A stretch of DNA of 64,000 nucleotides from an uncultured Hormoscilla sp. (GCA_963921275.4 OZ001293.3:2496001-2560000), one strand, 5' to 3'. Shown: positions 10,537-21,281, counted from the stretch's first letter. Numbers and translations: made by a program. The notes: a model not told the origin generated them from the letters alone.

Positions 10537-11180
10537 TGCTGTTCTCCTGATGATACTCCCTCACTGTGAATACTTATGATCGTCTGCCTGAAATCATTTG
10601 TCAGCAGTTGCTCGTGGTAGCGGTTGATAATATCCCCATCCAGCTGCATTATCGTTTGGGCATAGATAATGTCCGTCGTTTCCGATTGCAAATCCGTGCT
10701 ATCGATCGCCGTTTTCAGTTCCATTATTTTCCGCAAACCCCGTAGAAATTTTCCATTATCTAGCAGTTTTTGCAACTCCTTTTGCTCCTTAGGATCCCCT
10801 GGATTTGGCAGCCTTTCCTGGAGATCAAACATATCTGAACTCGGGTCTTGCAGCACCTGACGATACTCCCAAACTAGTTTTTGGCGTAAGTTTCTGTAAC
10901 GAGGGTATAAAGCTGGTGGTATTTGCCTATCTACAAAGTATCTGTTGTCCATTTCCGAAATAGGAATTTCATAGATTTGTTCATACGCCTCCTCTGGAAT
11001 AAACTTGCTTCCCGTAATCTGAGTCACTATCATCGTATTTACCTCTAGAGTTGTGATGTCATTCATCACATCCCCCAAAGACTGGATAAATTCCTTAAAC
11101 CTTTCCTGCAGCCTATCGATTTCCTTCTCAACTTTACCGTTTTTTACCTTCTCTATCTCCGTATTCTTCTTTAGCACCAT
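10395..11180 (-). CDS. Conserved cyanobacterial hypothetical protein
   Basis: 261-aa ORF with SD AGGAG; LEVNTMIV and AQTIMQLDGDIINRY motifs. Confidence 0.8.
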   Translation of the reverse strand: MVLKKNTEIEKVKNGKVEKEIDRLQERFKEFIQSLGDVMNDITTLEVNTMIVTQITGSKFIPEEAYEQIYEIPISEMDNRYFVDRQIPPALYPRYRNLRQKLVWEYRQVLQDPSSDMFDLQERLPNPGDPKEQKELQKLLDNGKFLRGLRKIMELKTAIDSTDLQSETTDIIYAQTIMQLDGDIINRYHEQLLTNDFRQTIISIHSEGVSSGEQQWRRVLYFMVSIVQNIIQRSAGIQGSTGIDLPTFYLDADRGDRGFGR

Positions 11181-11201
11181 TTATCTCCTGACTTGGTAAC
11201 T

Positions 11202-11395
11202 GGGAACATCCCAATGCATGTATTTGTATTTGCGAAGGTCAAAAGGCTAATATGGCTCAGGGAAAATGGAGCAATTCTCAATGAAAATCTTCTCAATTCT
11301 CAATGAAACAATTTGCCTCGTTAAGAGGCACCCCCACCTGGGAACACGCTGCGCTAATTTTCAATTGCTCAAGAAGCAAAACACCAGATGCACCC
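11202..11395. mobile_element. MITE (GGG(A/T)GCATC..GATGCACCC family) with a nested small repeat
   Basis: Termini GGGAACATCCC / AGATGCACCC; imperfect flank duplication TGGTAACT/TGATAACT; sibling at 40110. Confidence 0.5.
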
Positions 11396-11585
11396 TGATA
11401 ACTTTCCTCTAGCTAATTGCTAATTGCTATTGCCTGAATCAATAATCAACCATTCACCCTTCACCATTCTCAGTAATTGTCAGCATTCAGCGAGATTCGA
11501 TGTCTTCGGGATGCTAGCGGCTGCGCAGCCGCTGCGCTGACGCAAAAACCCCGAAGACATCGATGAATGCTTACCTTTTCTTCTG

Positions 11586-14411
11586 CTAACGCTTTTTCTT
11601 TGTCTGCGGCGAGCCAGAAGGGGACTCTGCCAGTTCTAGATCTGCAAATGGATCCTCTAAATTCTCTGCATTTACATCATCGGAGAACAGCGCATCCAGT
11701 TCATCTGTCCCTTCGCTCCCAGAATTTAGATCCTCCTCCTGGTCGGACTCTGCAAACAATTCCGCCAAGGGGTCAAATGCCGCTTCACCCTCGAAAGCAC
11801 CAGCTTGCGCCGGTGCTATGAGCCCATCATCCCCATCTAATAAAGCCGCTAACGGGTCATCCGACTCTTCATCATAGCTGCTATTGTCCCCTGCTGTTGC
11901 TGTCGCCTTTTTGGTCCCATTCCCCTGGGGTTCGGACCACAGTTCTGGTTGTTCGCCAAGCATATCTACGTCGAACTCATCTAAGGCATGGGAGTCTGAC
12001 CTATTGAACATTCCATCGGGCGACCCTGGTGCCTGGGACGCTTCTGTGGCGGTCTCAGACATATCTGAGGAGAACACATCATCTAGCACCTCCCCGTCCA
12101 TGCCCCGATCTCCACCCGTTGTGCCTGGGTATGGCTGAGGTTCATCAAACCCCTGATCTGCCTCTGCATCGCTATCGAAGGCACTCATCAGAGCCGCATC
12201 TTCATCATCTGTCAACTCTTCGTAGTCCGACATCTCTGAAGCAAATAATGGATCTGCATTATCTGCTTGAGCGAAGGCATTGGACTCTGAGTCTGACAAG
12301 TCTAATTTCGACTCCATACCATTCATCCCAAATGCATCGTCATCCGCTGCCGCCTCTCCTGGTACCTCAAGCAACTCCGATGACTCATAATCGGCGTCTG
12401 CCAATGGATCTGTCTCCGGTTCTTCCCAGAGGGATAAATCCTCATCCGACCCAAGAGGCGCTGCTTCTTCCGAACCGAATGAGTCCTCTGCCAATACTTG
12501 ATTTTCCCAATCTGTTGGCAATTCATCTGTTGCTTGCGCCTCTTGGGTTTCCGGTGAGTCCCAGAGAGATTCTAAATCTCTCGACGAGGCACTCTCTTCT
12601 GCTGCCTCCTCATCCTCCAAAGCTGTTGGCCATTCCGAAGTTGCTGACTCTTCTGCTAAAGACATTTCTGACTCTACTGCCAAATAGTCATCCTGCCAAT
12701 CTGCTGGCCATTCCGAAGCTGCTGACTCTTCTGCTGCCTCCTCATCCTCCAAAGCTGTTGGCCATTCCGAAGCTGCTGACTCTTCTGCTAAAGACATTTC
12801 TGACTCTACTGCCGAATAGTCATCCTGCAAATCTGTTGGCCATTCCGAATCTGACCCTGTTTCCCAGGAAGTTTCCGGTTCTTCCCAGTTTGCTGCTAAC
12901 TCATCTTCGGCAGTACCCATCATATCAGCAGATACTCCATCTCTTCCTAGCGCCGGAGACTCTGCTTCTGTGTTCGACCGTAACTCAGTCCCATCCCAGC
13001 TGGGTGCTAACTCTCGTTCCGTTTCCAACACACCCAGAATCTCGGCTGTTTCGTTCTCTTTTGCTGGTGTGGACCCTGACTCTTCTGTCTCCAAGGCACC
13101 CATAATCTCTACTTCTGAGTCCTCTGTTGATTCCTCTATTACCTGTTCATCCTCATCGGTTAGTGACTCAACTAATGTCTCTGCCGAGATGTCGGGTTCT
13201 ATTGCTTCTGGTTCCGGTTCATCTTCCCATAATTCGGTCTCATCCCAGCTTGATGCTAACTGTTCTGTCCCATCCATCATCTCTAATTCCGGGTCTTCTG
13301 TTACCGGTTCTGACTCCAGTATTGACTCAACTAATGCCTCGGGGTCGGCATCTATTGCTGTTGATTCCGACATTATCGGTTCTTCCGAGGGGGTAGTTTC
13401 CGGTAAGTCGGTCTCATCCCAGCTTGATGCTAACTCTTGGGACTCCTCGAACTCGTCGGCCATCGGAGAAGTAGTTGCAACATCTAGATCTAGATATACT
13501 AGTGCTTCTGACTCCGTCAGATCGCCGGACGCCGCTGCTTCATCTGAGCCCCATGCCCCTGCTGCCGCTGCCACCGCCGTTCCTACTACTGCTGCTGTTC
13601 CTGCTACCACTGCGGCTGTCTTCAGGGCCGAATTTTCCCTCACGTTTTCTGTTGAGGGTACTGCTATTTCTGGATCTCCCGTGAAGGCCAAGCCATCTGT
13701 GGTCTGTGTCCCCCCCCTCGTTCCCACGGCTCTGCCTGGGAACGTGCTTTTAGCGATCCCAGGAGAGGCCGCATCGGGGGACACAGATGGATCTAAATCG
13801 AAGGCCGCCAGCACTTCTGGGTCATGCTCTTCACTAGAGGTTACTTCCTGTTCTCTTTCTGTCCCACCTGTCACTCCTGTAGTAACTGGTTCCGATCTTG
13901 CTACTACTGGCCTCAGTTCCTCTTTTCTTTCTCTCAGGTCTGGTGCTGAAAAAGCTGCTGGTCGAGGGCTGCTGCCAGAGGCGAGCGCATCTGGTTGTAT
14001 ACTTTTTAGTTCTGACGAATGGGTTTTGCTATCGGTAACCACTACCGTCTGCTGTGTCATTCCCACCCACAGCTCCAGCAGTTTCTGTAAACTGGAGATA
14101 TTTCTTTCTATTATTTGCCCGCTTGCCTGCATCTGGCTGACGTGGAAATCCCGCAGTTCGGCAAACTTCCCGCCTTCGAGGAATTTGCTCCCGATTTTCG
14201 TTTCGATCTTGCCTTCTACAATGTTGAGCCTAGTGCGCATTATCTCCCCTGAATCCCCCTTCTCCCTTATCTGGGAAGCTGTCTCGGGGTCTGATGAGGC
14301 GATCGTAGTTGTGATTTCCAACTCGATCGACTTTCCTAATGCCGTTTTCAGGGCATCTACTATTCTACCTTCCTTGAGCGCTGCTCTGAACTCTTCGCTT
14401 GTTGCTGCCAT
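11586..14411 (-). CDS. Large, very acidic low-complexity protein with a folded N-terminal domain (941 aa from MAATSEE)
   Basis: Purine-rich SD before ATG 14411; D/E-rich body with internal 44-aa repeats; the upstream ORF extension is repeat-derived. Confidence 0.8.
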   Translation of the reverse strand: MAATSEEFRAALKEGRIVDALKTALGKSIELEITTTIASSDPETASQIREKGDSGEIMRTRLNIVEGKIETKIGSKFLEGGKFAELRDFHVSQMQASGQIIERNISSLQKLLELWVGMTQQTVVVTDSKTHSSELKSIQPDALASGSSPRPAAFSAPDLRERKEELRPVVARSEPVTTGVTGGTEREQEVTSSEEHDPEVLAAFDLDPSVSPDAASPGIAKSTFPGRAVGTRGGTQTTDGLAFTGDPEIAVPSTENVRENSALKTAAVVAGTAAVVGTAVAAAAGAWGSDEAAASGDLTESEALVYLDLDVATTSPMADEFEESQELASSWDETDLPETTPSEEPIMSESTAIDADPEALVESILESEPVTEDPELEMMDGTEQLASSWDETELWEDEPEPEAIEPDISAETLVESLTDEDEQVIEESTEDSEVEIMGALETEESGSTPAKENETAEILGVLETERELAPSWDGTELRSNTEAESPALGRDGVSADMMGTAEDELAANWEEPETSWETGSDSEWPTDLQDDYSAVESEMSLAEESAASEWPTALEDEEAAEESAASEWPADWQDDYLAVESEMSLAEESATSEWPTALEDEEAAEESASSRDLESLWDSPETQEAQATDELPTDWENQVLAEDSFGSEEAAPLGSDEDLSLWEEPETDPLADADYESSELLEVPGEAAADDDAFGMNGMESKLDLSDSESNAFAQADNADPLFASEMSDYEELTDDEDAALMSAFDSDAEADQGFDEPQPYPGTTGGDRGMDGEVLDDVFSSDMSETATEASQAPGSPDGMFNRSDSHALDEFDVDMLGEQPELWSEPQGNGTKKATATAGDNSSYDEESDDPLAALLDGDDGLIAPAQAGAFEGEAAFDPLAELFAESDQEEDLNSGSEGTDELDALFSDDVNAENLEDPFADLELAESPSGSPQTKKKR

Positions 14412-14467
14412 GACGATTTCCCCTTCCAATATATCGGGCTCTTTTTCCCTCCGGCGTATACTGCCGC

Positions 14468-14594
14468 CGTGTCTCCTGGGTAGTGCGACTAGCGCGCTGT
14501 GCCTCCCGGGCGGTGCGACTACGATGTTTCTCGGGTAGTGCGGCGCTCCCGGGAAACATCGAGCTTTCGGGAGACACAGCACCAGGAGAAACGG
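14468..14594 (+). repeat. Triple-nested hairpin repeat (GTCTCCTGGGTAGTGCG..CCCAGGAGAC family)
   Basis: Three concentric stem pairs are readable. Confidence 0.8.
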
Positions 14595-14636
14595 CACCCC
14601 CCACTTGTTGCTGAATAGCCTACTTTCCTTATGCTA

Positions 14637-14789
14637 ACTCAAGTTGCTACCTATAAAAAATTCTACCTCTCAAACAGCCATTTTTGGTAAATATATCCGC
14701 AAAAATGCCATTTGGGGGTAAATTATAAGGCGATTTTAGCCGATTTTGGCTAATTTTGGTGTTAAGTTTCTATAGGTAGCAACTTAGGT
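14637..14789. mobile_element. MITE, IS982-like ends
   Basis: TIRs ACTCAAGTTGCTACCTATA / TATAGGTAGCAACTTAGGT; 7-bp TSD TATGCTA. Confidence 0.8.
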
Positions 14790-14927
14790 TATGCTACTAT
14801 ACAGTAGTTCCTTGGACACATCCTTACCCTTGGCCCCGCCAGTGCCAGTTTACCATTGCTAGCCCTCTGACCGCGAGCCAAGCTTGTTTTCTATCTTATC
14901 CTATTTTACAGAGAGTTGAAAATTATT

Positions 14928-16214
14928 ATGTCAGAGAGCTTATTTGCTGATGCCAGTCTGAGACTGGAAAAAGCCTTAAAACATGCGGAAATTTCCCCTG
15001 ATGCGAGCGAGCGCTTAAAGTTTCCCAAGGCTAGTTTAAGAGTGTCAATCCCGGTGCGCCTGGATGATGGTTCCTTGCGGGTTTTTCAGGGCTATCGGGT
15101 CCGGTATGATGATACCAGGGGACCGACGAAGGGGGGCATCCGCTATCATCCTAATGTAAACATGGATGAGGTGCAATCCTTGGCTTTTTGGATGACCTTT
15201 AAGTGTGCGGTGCTAAATTTGCCCTTTGGTGGGGCCAAGGGGGGCATCACGGTCAACCCCAAGGAGTTGTCACGGCTGGAGTTGGAACGGTTGTCTCGGG
15301 GCTATATCGATGCGATCGCCGACTTTATTGGCCCCGATATTGACATTCCGGCGCCGGATGTCTACACGAATGAAACGATCATGGGTTGGATGATGGATCA
15401 ATACAGCATCATCCGGCGACAGCTGACACTAGCGGTGGTGACTGGTAAACCCATCACCCTGTCCGGCAGTGCGGGCCGGAGGAAGGCCACGGCCATGGGG
15501 GCTTTGTTTGTGATTGCAGCTATTCTGCCCAAGTTCAACCAGTCTCCCCAGGATACCACAGTAGCAGTGCAAGGTTTTGGCAATGTGGGGGCGACCCTAG
15601 CTGAGTTACTCTGTAATGCTGGCTATAAGGTGGTGGCGGTGAGTGATTCTCGCGGGGGTATTTATGCCAAAAAGGGGTTAGATATAAGCAGCGTGCGCAG
15701 ATATAAGGAGGCAACTAAAGGCATACAAGCTGTCTACTGTAAGGGTACTGTTTGCAATATTGTCGAACATGAAGTGATTAGTAATGCCGATCTGTTAGCC
15801 TTGGATGTGGATCTGTTGGTTCCGGCGGCTTTGGAGAATCAAATTACGGAGCAAAATGCCGATGATATTAAGGCTAAGTTGATCTTTGAACTGGCCAACG
15901 GACCGATTACTTCGGGGGCTGATGAAATTTTAGCAAGGAAAGGGATTCAGGTTTTTCCTGATATCTTGACCAATGCTGGTGGGGTGACCGTGAGTTATTT
16001 TGAATGGGTGCAAAATCGGAGTGGACTCTATTGGACGGAGGCGGAAGTAAATCAGCGGTTGCAAGCTAAGATGGTGGAAGAAACTGAGAAAATCTGGGCG
16101 ATCGCGCAAAGACACGCTGTTTCTATGCGGACTGCTGCTTATATTCATGCCCTACATCGGATCTCAGAGGCGATCGATGCTAAGGGGACGCAAAGCTATT
16201 ATCTCAGTCGCTGA
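14928..16214 (+). CDS. gdhA: Glutamate dehydrogenase
   Basis: GPTKGGIRY, LPFGGAKGG, DIPAPD, VQGFGNVG and NAGGVTVSYFEW motifs. Confidence 0.95.
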   Translation: MSESLFADASLRLEKALKHAEISPDASERLKFPKASLRVSIPVRLDDGSLRVFQGYRVRYDDTRGPTKGGIRYHPNVNMDEVQSLAFWMTFKCAVLNLPFGGAKGGITVNPKELSRLELERLSRGYIDAIADFIGPDIDIPAPDVYTNETIMGWMMDQYSIIRRQLTLAVVTGKPITLSGSAGRRKATAMGALFVIAAILPKFNQSPQDTTVAVQGFGNVGATLAELLCNAGYKVVAVSDSRGGIYAKKGLDISSVRRYKEATKGIQAVYCKGTVCNIVEHEVISNADLLALDVDLLVPAALENQITEQNADDIKAKLIFELANGPITSGADEILARKGIQVFPDILTNAGGVTVSYFEWVQNRSGLYWTEAEVNQRLQAKMVEETEKIWAIAQRHAVSMRTAAYIHALHRISEAIDAKGTQSYYLSR

Positions 16215-16232
16215 AGGTAAGCGATCGCTCCG

Positions 16233-16410
16233 TTCGATATCTCTGCCGGTGTTCTTGTCCCAAGGGACATGGCTGCGCCCCCAGCGCAGCGCTATCGGCA
16301 CACAGGAGACATCGCCGTCTCCCTTGTCACGTAGGACGGGCGAGACTCCTGTCATTCGATATCTCTGCCGGTGCTCTTGTCCCAAGGCACTCGGCACACA
16401 GGAGACATCG
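16233..16410 (+). repeat. Two copies of a TTCGATATCTCTGCCGG..CAGGAGACATCG repeat; the first has a nested mini-insert
   Basis: Direct comparison of the two copies; inverted relative at 6996-7053. Confidence 0.75.
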
Positions 16411-16419
16411 ACTTTTCGG

Positions 16420-17400
16420 ACCTCTCATATATGTAGCTGCTCCTCGGTGCATTTTTCCCAATTTGGGAATTTTTTCTTGAATTTATTTCAGCTTAATTTC
16501 TTGTTCTTCTTTAATGTTTTCTTGATTTTTTATGAGCTTTACTTTTATTTAATACCGATGATATCTCTTCTTTTTATGACTTTCTCTTAAGTTTTTTAGC
16601 TTCATTCTTGATTTGTTTTCGACAATTATCTAGCTCTTCATTTACTTGCTTAGTCACACGGTCAGCTATAACTTCAGCATTAGGCATCAATTCTTCCACT
16701 AAACTTTGATACGGTTTCCACATATCTATACTCACTTCTTCAATACCATTCAACACCTCGGGACTCCATGATAGCAAGACTTCTCGCAGATATTCTTGTC
16801 GCCGAGACTTCACTATTTCCAGAAGTTTGCTATTCTCAACATCCACGTCTCCTGGGTAGTGCGAATAGCGCTCCCAGGAGACACGGCTAAAACAGCTAAA
16901 TAATTACCTTGTCCTTTTACCAATGCAATTTCATCGATCCCTAGCTTTTTTAGTTCGGTTCAATTTTCACCTGTCCCGATAGCATTTGTTGAACCTCAGA
17001 TTCTTTTAAGTCATACCGAAGCGCTACATTAATAATATCCCCATTTAATACTTCTCGAACCACTTGTTATCCCAGTCTCTTCGTATATTTACGCCGACCT
17101 TCTACGTATGACAATTTCTCACGGTTTCAAACAGCGAGCGCACGGCGATTGATTTTGAGAAAAACTTTTTTTCTCCCCAGAGCAAATCCTTAATTAAATA
17201 ATTATGGTTCTGATACAAGACTTTTTTGATGACATCTAGGGCAAATTGCTTCTTTTTTTTCTGCCTCAATTGTTATCATCACTTCTTTTAAATGAGTCTC
17301 AGTATACCCGACAACTTTCACTTCTGGAATGTTTAACAATGTTGTTAGTATTTTTAGATTCGAGCGTGGCATCTTATAAATTCTCCCTGTTTTCGCGCCT
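16420..17400 (-). mobile_element. ISL3-family transposase remnant
   Basis: LGIDEIALVKGQGNY and EVSIDMWKPY..MPNAEVIADR; boundaries approximate. Confidence 0.8.
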
Positions 17401-17640
17401 CTATGTTATACCACAACTAGTTGCTGAATGTCAAGCTGGAAAAGGTTTTCCGGTTTTCAGGATCTCCCGTTGAGCGGGCGCATCAACTTCAAGACCTATT
17501 TTAGCATACTAGATTGAGAAGAACCCAAATTAAAAGCAATCAAAAAAATCTTCGCACCCAAGGGGAAGTGGTGCGGCACAACCAGAAAATGAGTCTGCTG
17601 GATGCGAACAATCAGAATTCGGGAGAAGTGGTAGGTTAGG

Positions 17641-17803
17641 TTGAGGAATAGTGAAGCCAGTTTCTTTGGACAAAATCAAGAAATGTACTACACAGACGAT
17701 CGTTACAATAGCTTTCAAGAAGTATTATTGCAGCCTCGAGTAAAAAGAGGTAAAAATGAATCAAAATATCCAAGTTCTGGAAACATCTGCCCTCAAACCT
17801 GAA
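17641..17803 (+). pseudogene. C-terminal remnant of a barnase/RNase Sa-like ribonuclease
   Basis: Hand translation GQNQEMYYTDDRYNSFQEV resembles the family motif YYTxDHY; lies upstream of barstar once the IS630 is removed. Confidence 0.55.
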
Positions 17804-17843
17804 TTGGGGATTGACCGGCAGTATCACTTGACATAGTGTGAGA

Positions 17844-18819
17844 TATAGCATTTCTCAAAATGGTGAGGACAGTAGCAACAATGTGTAAAAAAGTTGTATA
17901 GGTCTGACAAACTAACATTTTCAAAACCATCAGTAATTGCATCAAGCGGTTCTCGGTGACATTTTTTTCTTATAGCTCTTTAGCTGCGATCAAAAGTTCT
18001 CAATTGGAGAAAAATCGGGAGAATAAGGAGGTAGATAGACTAACCGCGCACCTACTTGTTCAATAGCTGCTCTTATGGCTTTTCCATTATGTATTGTACA
18101 TCGGTCGATGACCAGGCTTTTTTCCATAAACGAGGAACTAAATGTCTAACTATAAAAGCTTCAAAAGTTAAGCTATTATAAGAACCTAAAATCTTGAATG
18201 AACTCACTACTCTCTTAAGACGCTCCGACTATCGAAACGTTTTTTCCTCGCTTACTTGGCTTACTTCCATGGGCTCTTTGACCACATGCGACCTACGTGT
18301 TAAGTTAACACCGGATTCCTCCAAGAAGATCAAGTCAAAAGGGTCTATTCCTTCTATTTCTTTCCAGTAGTCTACCCTTAATTTTTGGACTCTATCACTT
18401 CTTTTCTCTGTTGGATGTAACGCTTTTTTTTTGATGGTAAATCCCAACTTCTTTATCATCCTATCTATTGTCGAACGGCTGACCACCGGTCTCTTTTTCA
18501 AGACTAGATTGATCTTCTTCTAAGGTCCAGTCATTATTTTCCTTTACTAAATTATGAATAATTGCCAGTTCTTCATCCTTAAGTTTTCGTGGACGACCAG
18601 GACTTTTCTTAGGTAATAAATTGCCGCCGATCCTGCTGGATGATTTTGGTAACAAAACTTAGAGCTACCCTAAATCTGCCCGCCAGTTTTCTTTGTGATA
18701 TATTCTCATTTTTATAGACCGATTTTTTGGCCTAGATCTACTGAATAGGGTTTCATGGCTTTCTCTTCCATATATTCTTGACTCTCTTATTGTACCTCAT
18801 GTTTTTGAGAAATGCTATA
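17844..18819 (-). mobile_element. IS630-family element, frameshifted transposase
   Basis: TIRs TATAGCATTTCTCAAAA / TTTTGAGAAATGCTATA; LPPYSPDFSPIEN motif. Confidence 0.9.
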
Positions 18820-18868
18820 ATATATTATCACATATGTCAAGTGATACTGGAAGCAGATAATCCCAAAA

Positions 18869-19192
18869 ATGATTGCCGAACTGTCCGGGCATGGCATTCA
18901 GGTATTCTATCTGGATGGGAGAGAAATTTCGGGCAAAGCGGAATTTTTAAGCCAAGCGGCTAAAGCAATGAAGTTCCCTGCCTATTTTGGGGCTAACTGG
19001 GATGCCCTTGAAGAATGTATCACCGCTCTAGAATGCGGTCCCGCCCAGGGATATATCATAATCTATGATAGGCCCGATGTTTTCGCCGCTGCTGACCCCG
19101 AACAGTGGCAAATAGCCCTGGACGTTTTGCAATCAGCAGTTGAATACTGGCGAGCGCAACAGATACCTATGGATGTGTTCTTGCTCAATTAA
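18869..19192 (+). CDS. Barstar-family ribonuclease inhibitor
   Basis: FPAYFGANWDALEEC signature. Confidence 0.9.
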   Translation: MIAELSGHGIQVFYLDGREISGKAEFLSQAAKAMKFPAYFGANWDALEECITALECGPAQGYIIIYDRPDVFAAADPEQWQIALDVLQSAVEYWRAQQIPMDVFLLN

Positions 19193-19232
19193 TATCGTGG
19201 CGATCACATGTACCGGCGATATGCGATCGCCC

Positions 19233-20084
19233 TCAACCCAACGGATAATTTTCTCGTTGATTTTGTTGCAGCAACCAATAGCAAAACCCCGATAAAAGCA
19301 TAATGGGGATGGTAGAAAAAATTTGGGCGTCGTCGGAGTGCCAGTATTCATAGAGAGGATAATTGTAAGCTGCGAAAAGCACCAGAATAGGAATGCGGAA
19401 AATGCCATTAAACAGCCAAACGATCGTCACAGCGACGATGGGAACGAGAAACTTTTGCCAGAACTTAGTCGGGTAGGTGACTAAAAACAGCAGGGCGAGT
19501 TGCAACATCCACGCGATCGTCACTACACAGTTAGGTCCTATCCAGACATTGATTTGGGGCGTAATAATTGTATCCCCTTGACTAGCGACATCAAACCCGA
19601 CGTACCAAAGGATAAAGGTAGAAAATTTAGTCATTAAGACATTAACATTGGTTAGCTGATTAATGGGTTCCACCAACCTTTCTACAGGAACCGCGAGAAC
19701 CAGAAACAACATCAGTTCTTGCCAATATTGCTTTAACCCTTTGATTCCAGAAACTAAAAGCGCTAGACTGAAGGCAGAAATAAAGGGTAAGCAGCGGATT
19801 AACAGGTCATAATTGGGGAGGATGGGACTGTTTTTGAACATCAAGGCGATGATGCAGATGCTTAATATGCGTGCAGCTAGTTCACTTTCCAGATTGAAGG
19901 AATGAGAATTATTCTTGAAGCGGAAGGCGATCGCCCCTGTATATAATATAGTTGTCACTTGCAGGTTAGTGAGTCCCGCTTTACCGACTAAGTTGAGGTT
20001 CAGACCCAGGATAGTTACAGTGAAAGTCAACAACCAGAAGTTTGTGGTTGACAGGCGTTGAATTACACTCGAGAATATTTTCAT
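19233..20084 (-). CDS. Exosortase-family protein (cyanoexosortase A-like)
   Basis: Multi-TM; GLKQYWQEL; Cys (GPNC), Arg (NGIFRI) and His (YEYWH) at catalytic positions. Confidence 0.8.
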   Translation of the reverse strand: MKIFSSVIQRLSTTNFWLLTFTVTILGLNLNLVGKAGLTNLQVTTILYTGAIAFRFKNNSHSFNLESELAARILSICIIALMFKNSPILPNYDLLIRCLPFISAFSLALLVSGIKGLKQYWQELMLFLVLAVPVERLVEPINQLTNVNVLMTKFSTFILWYVGFDVASQGDTIITPQINVWIGPNCVVTIAWMLQLALLFLVTYPTKFWQKFLVPIVAVTIVWLFNGIFRIPILVLFAAYNYPLYEYWHSDDAQIFSTIPIMLLSGFCYWLLQQNQRENYPLG

Positions 20085-20126
20085 TTTTCTGACTTTGGCG
20101 CGATGTCTTTCATGCATGTGCGAATA

Positions 20127-20369
20127 CGATGTCTCCTGGGTAGTGCGATTAGCGCGCTGCATGTCCTAGGTAGTGCGACTAAGTAGTCATGCAAAATTAA
20201 TTTTATATCGAATCCACCTGCAAAGCTCGATCTGCGCGGATTTCATATAAAATTAATTTTGCTGAGGTACTTACAGCGCGAGCGGTCTCTCATGCATCTG
20301 CGACTACGATATTTCTCGGGTAGTGCTTCTAGCGCTCTTCGGAGACATCGAGTTCCCGAGAGACACCGC
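20127..20369 (+). repeat. Nested hairpin-repeat cluster containing a TA-flanked MITE (20180-20273)
   Basis: GATGTCTCCTGGGTAGTGCG units; inner TIRs TAAGTA..GCAAAATTAATTTTATAT / ATATAAAATTAATTTTGC..TACTTA. Confidence 0.75.
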
Positions 20370-20492
20370 GGCTATCCTGGGTTTATAGTGGAAAAAGTAT
20401 TGCAATATACAATTTTGCCCTATAAGAAAGGCTGAAACCCTTGATTTTGTGTAATCATAAGCTTTACTTATCACCCAAAACCCAGGAGACCC
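20370..20492. mobile_element. MITE with GG..TCCTGGGTT ends (ISL3-like)
   Basis: 8-bp TSD GACACCGC; inverted sibling at 50916-51038. Confidence 0.8.
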
Positions 20493-20572
20493 GACACCGC
20501 TTTGTAATGCTACCATGATAACTCAAGTTGCCATAAATTTTATGGCTTGACATAAAATTTAATAAAATTCTA

Positions 20573-20693
20573 GGCGTTGCACATTTTGGAGATGATGCCC
20601 TTTTTTGCACAAGCTACGCTACTGAAAATGGCTTGTAGTCTAAGTTTGAGAGTTCTGAAACTATCTCCATCATCTCGTCCGAAGTGCAACGCC
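20573..20693. mobile_element. MITE with GGCGTTGCAC ends
   Basis: 8-bp TSD AAATTCTA; related ends near 35960 and 37119. Confidence 0.8.
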
Positions 20694-20829
20694 AAATTCT
20701 AATTGGTTCTGTATGACAATAAAAAGTGATGGCGGTTGGATGGCACTGGTTCAGTCTGCTTAAGAAGCTAAAATCTTTGATACATAAAGGTTAGAAGCTC
20801 ATCGACAGTTAGATAATTTCTTCCCAAGT

Positions 20830-21065
20830 CAGACCTCTTTTCAAGATCCCTAATGCCAGAGGACTTGTCCAGTTGTAAAATAAGGTCTAACAAAATTATG
20901 AATAATCCAGAAAATATCTAAAACTTTTTGTCGGCCTTCCTGACTCTGTAAGTATTAATGCGACGAATAAAAGCAGACAAATAGCGTCGTAGAGAACTGT
21001 TAAAGGCTTTTACATGTAGGCCAAGAACTTCGGAATTTTCAACAGAGATAGTTGTCCGAGGATGC
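20830..21065 (-). pseudogene. Transposase C-terminal fragment (cyanobacterial IS1-like)
   Basis: HVKAFNSSLRR and FWIIHNFVRPYFTTGQV. Confidence 0.55.
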
Positions 21066-21281
21066 AGGGTAAGCACAAGAATCAATAAGGGGCATCTATT
21101 CTCAACTCTCTGATAATGATTGCCAGATTATTGCTAATAATCCATACTATTGAGAATTAGCCTGGATCCATACCACATTTTGGCACAGTTTTTCTTGCGC
21201 TTGCCCTGGATCGCTTCTTACCCCTAGCCAAGCCCAAAAACAAAAAAGCTTCCACCCAAAACCCTTAATTGTCCGTTGTCC

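Noticed and set aside
12590..12850. Possible CRISPR array
   Set aside because: In-frame coding repeats without unique spacers; no cas genes in the window.
12970..14538. 522-aa Ser-rich ORF on the plus strand (and 12029-13105)
   Set aside because: Antisense shadow of the acidic low-complexity gene.
14412..14597. N-terminal extension of the 1003-aa ORF
   Set aside because: Reads through the nested hairpin repeat; the SD precedes ATG 14411.
20085..20162. N-terminal extension of the exosortase ORF
   Set aside because: Largely repeat-derived sequence.
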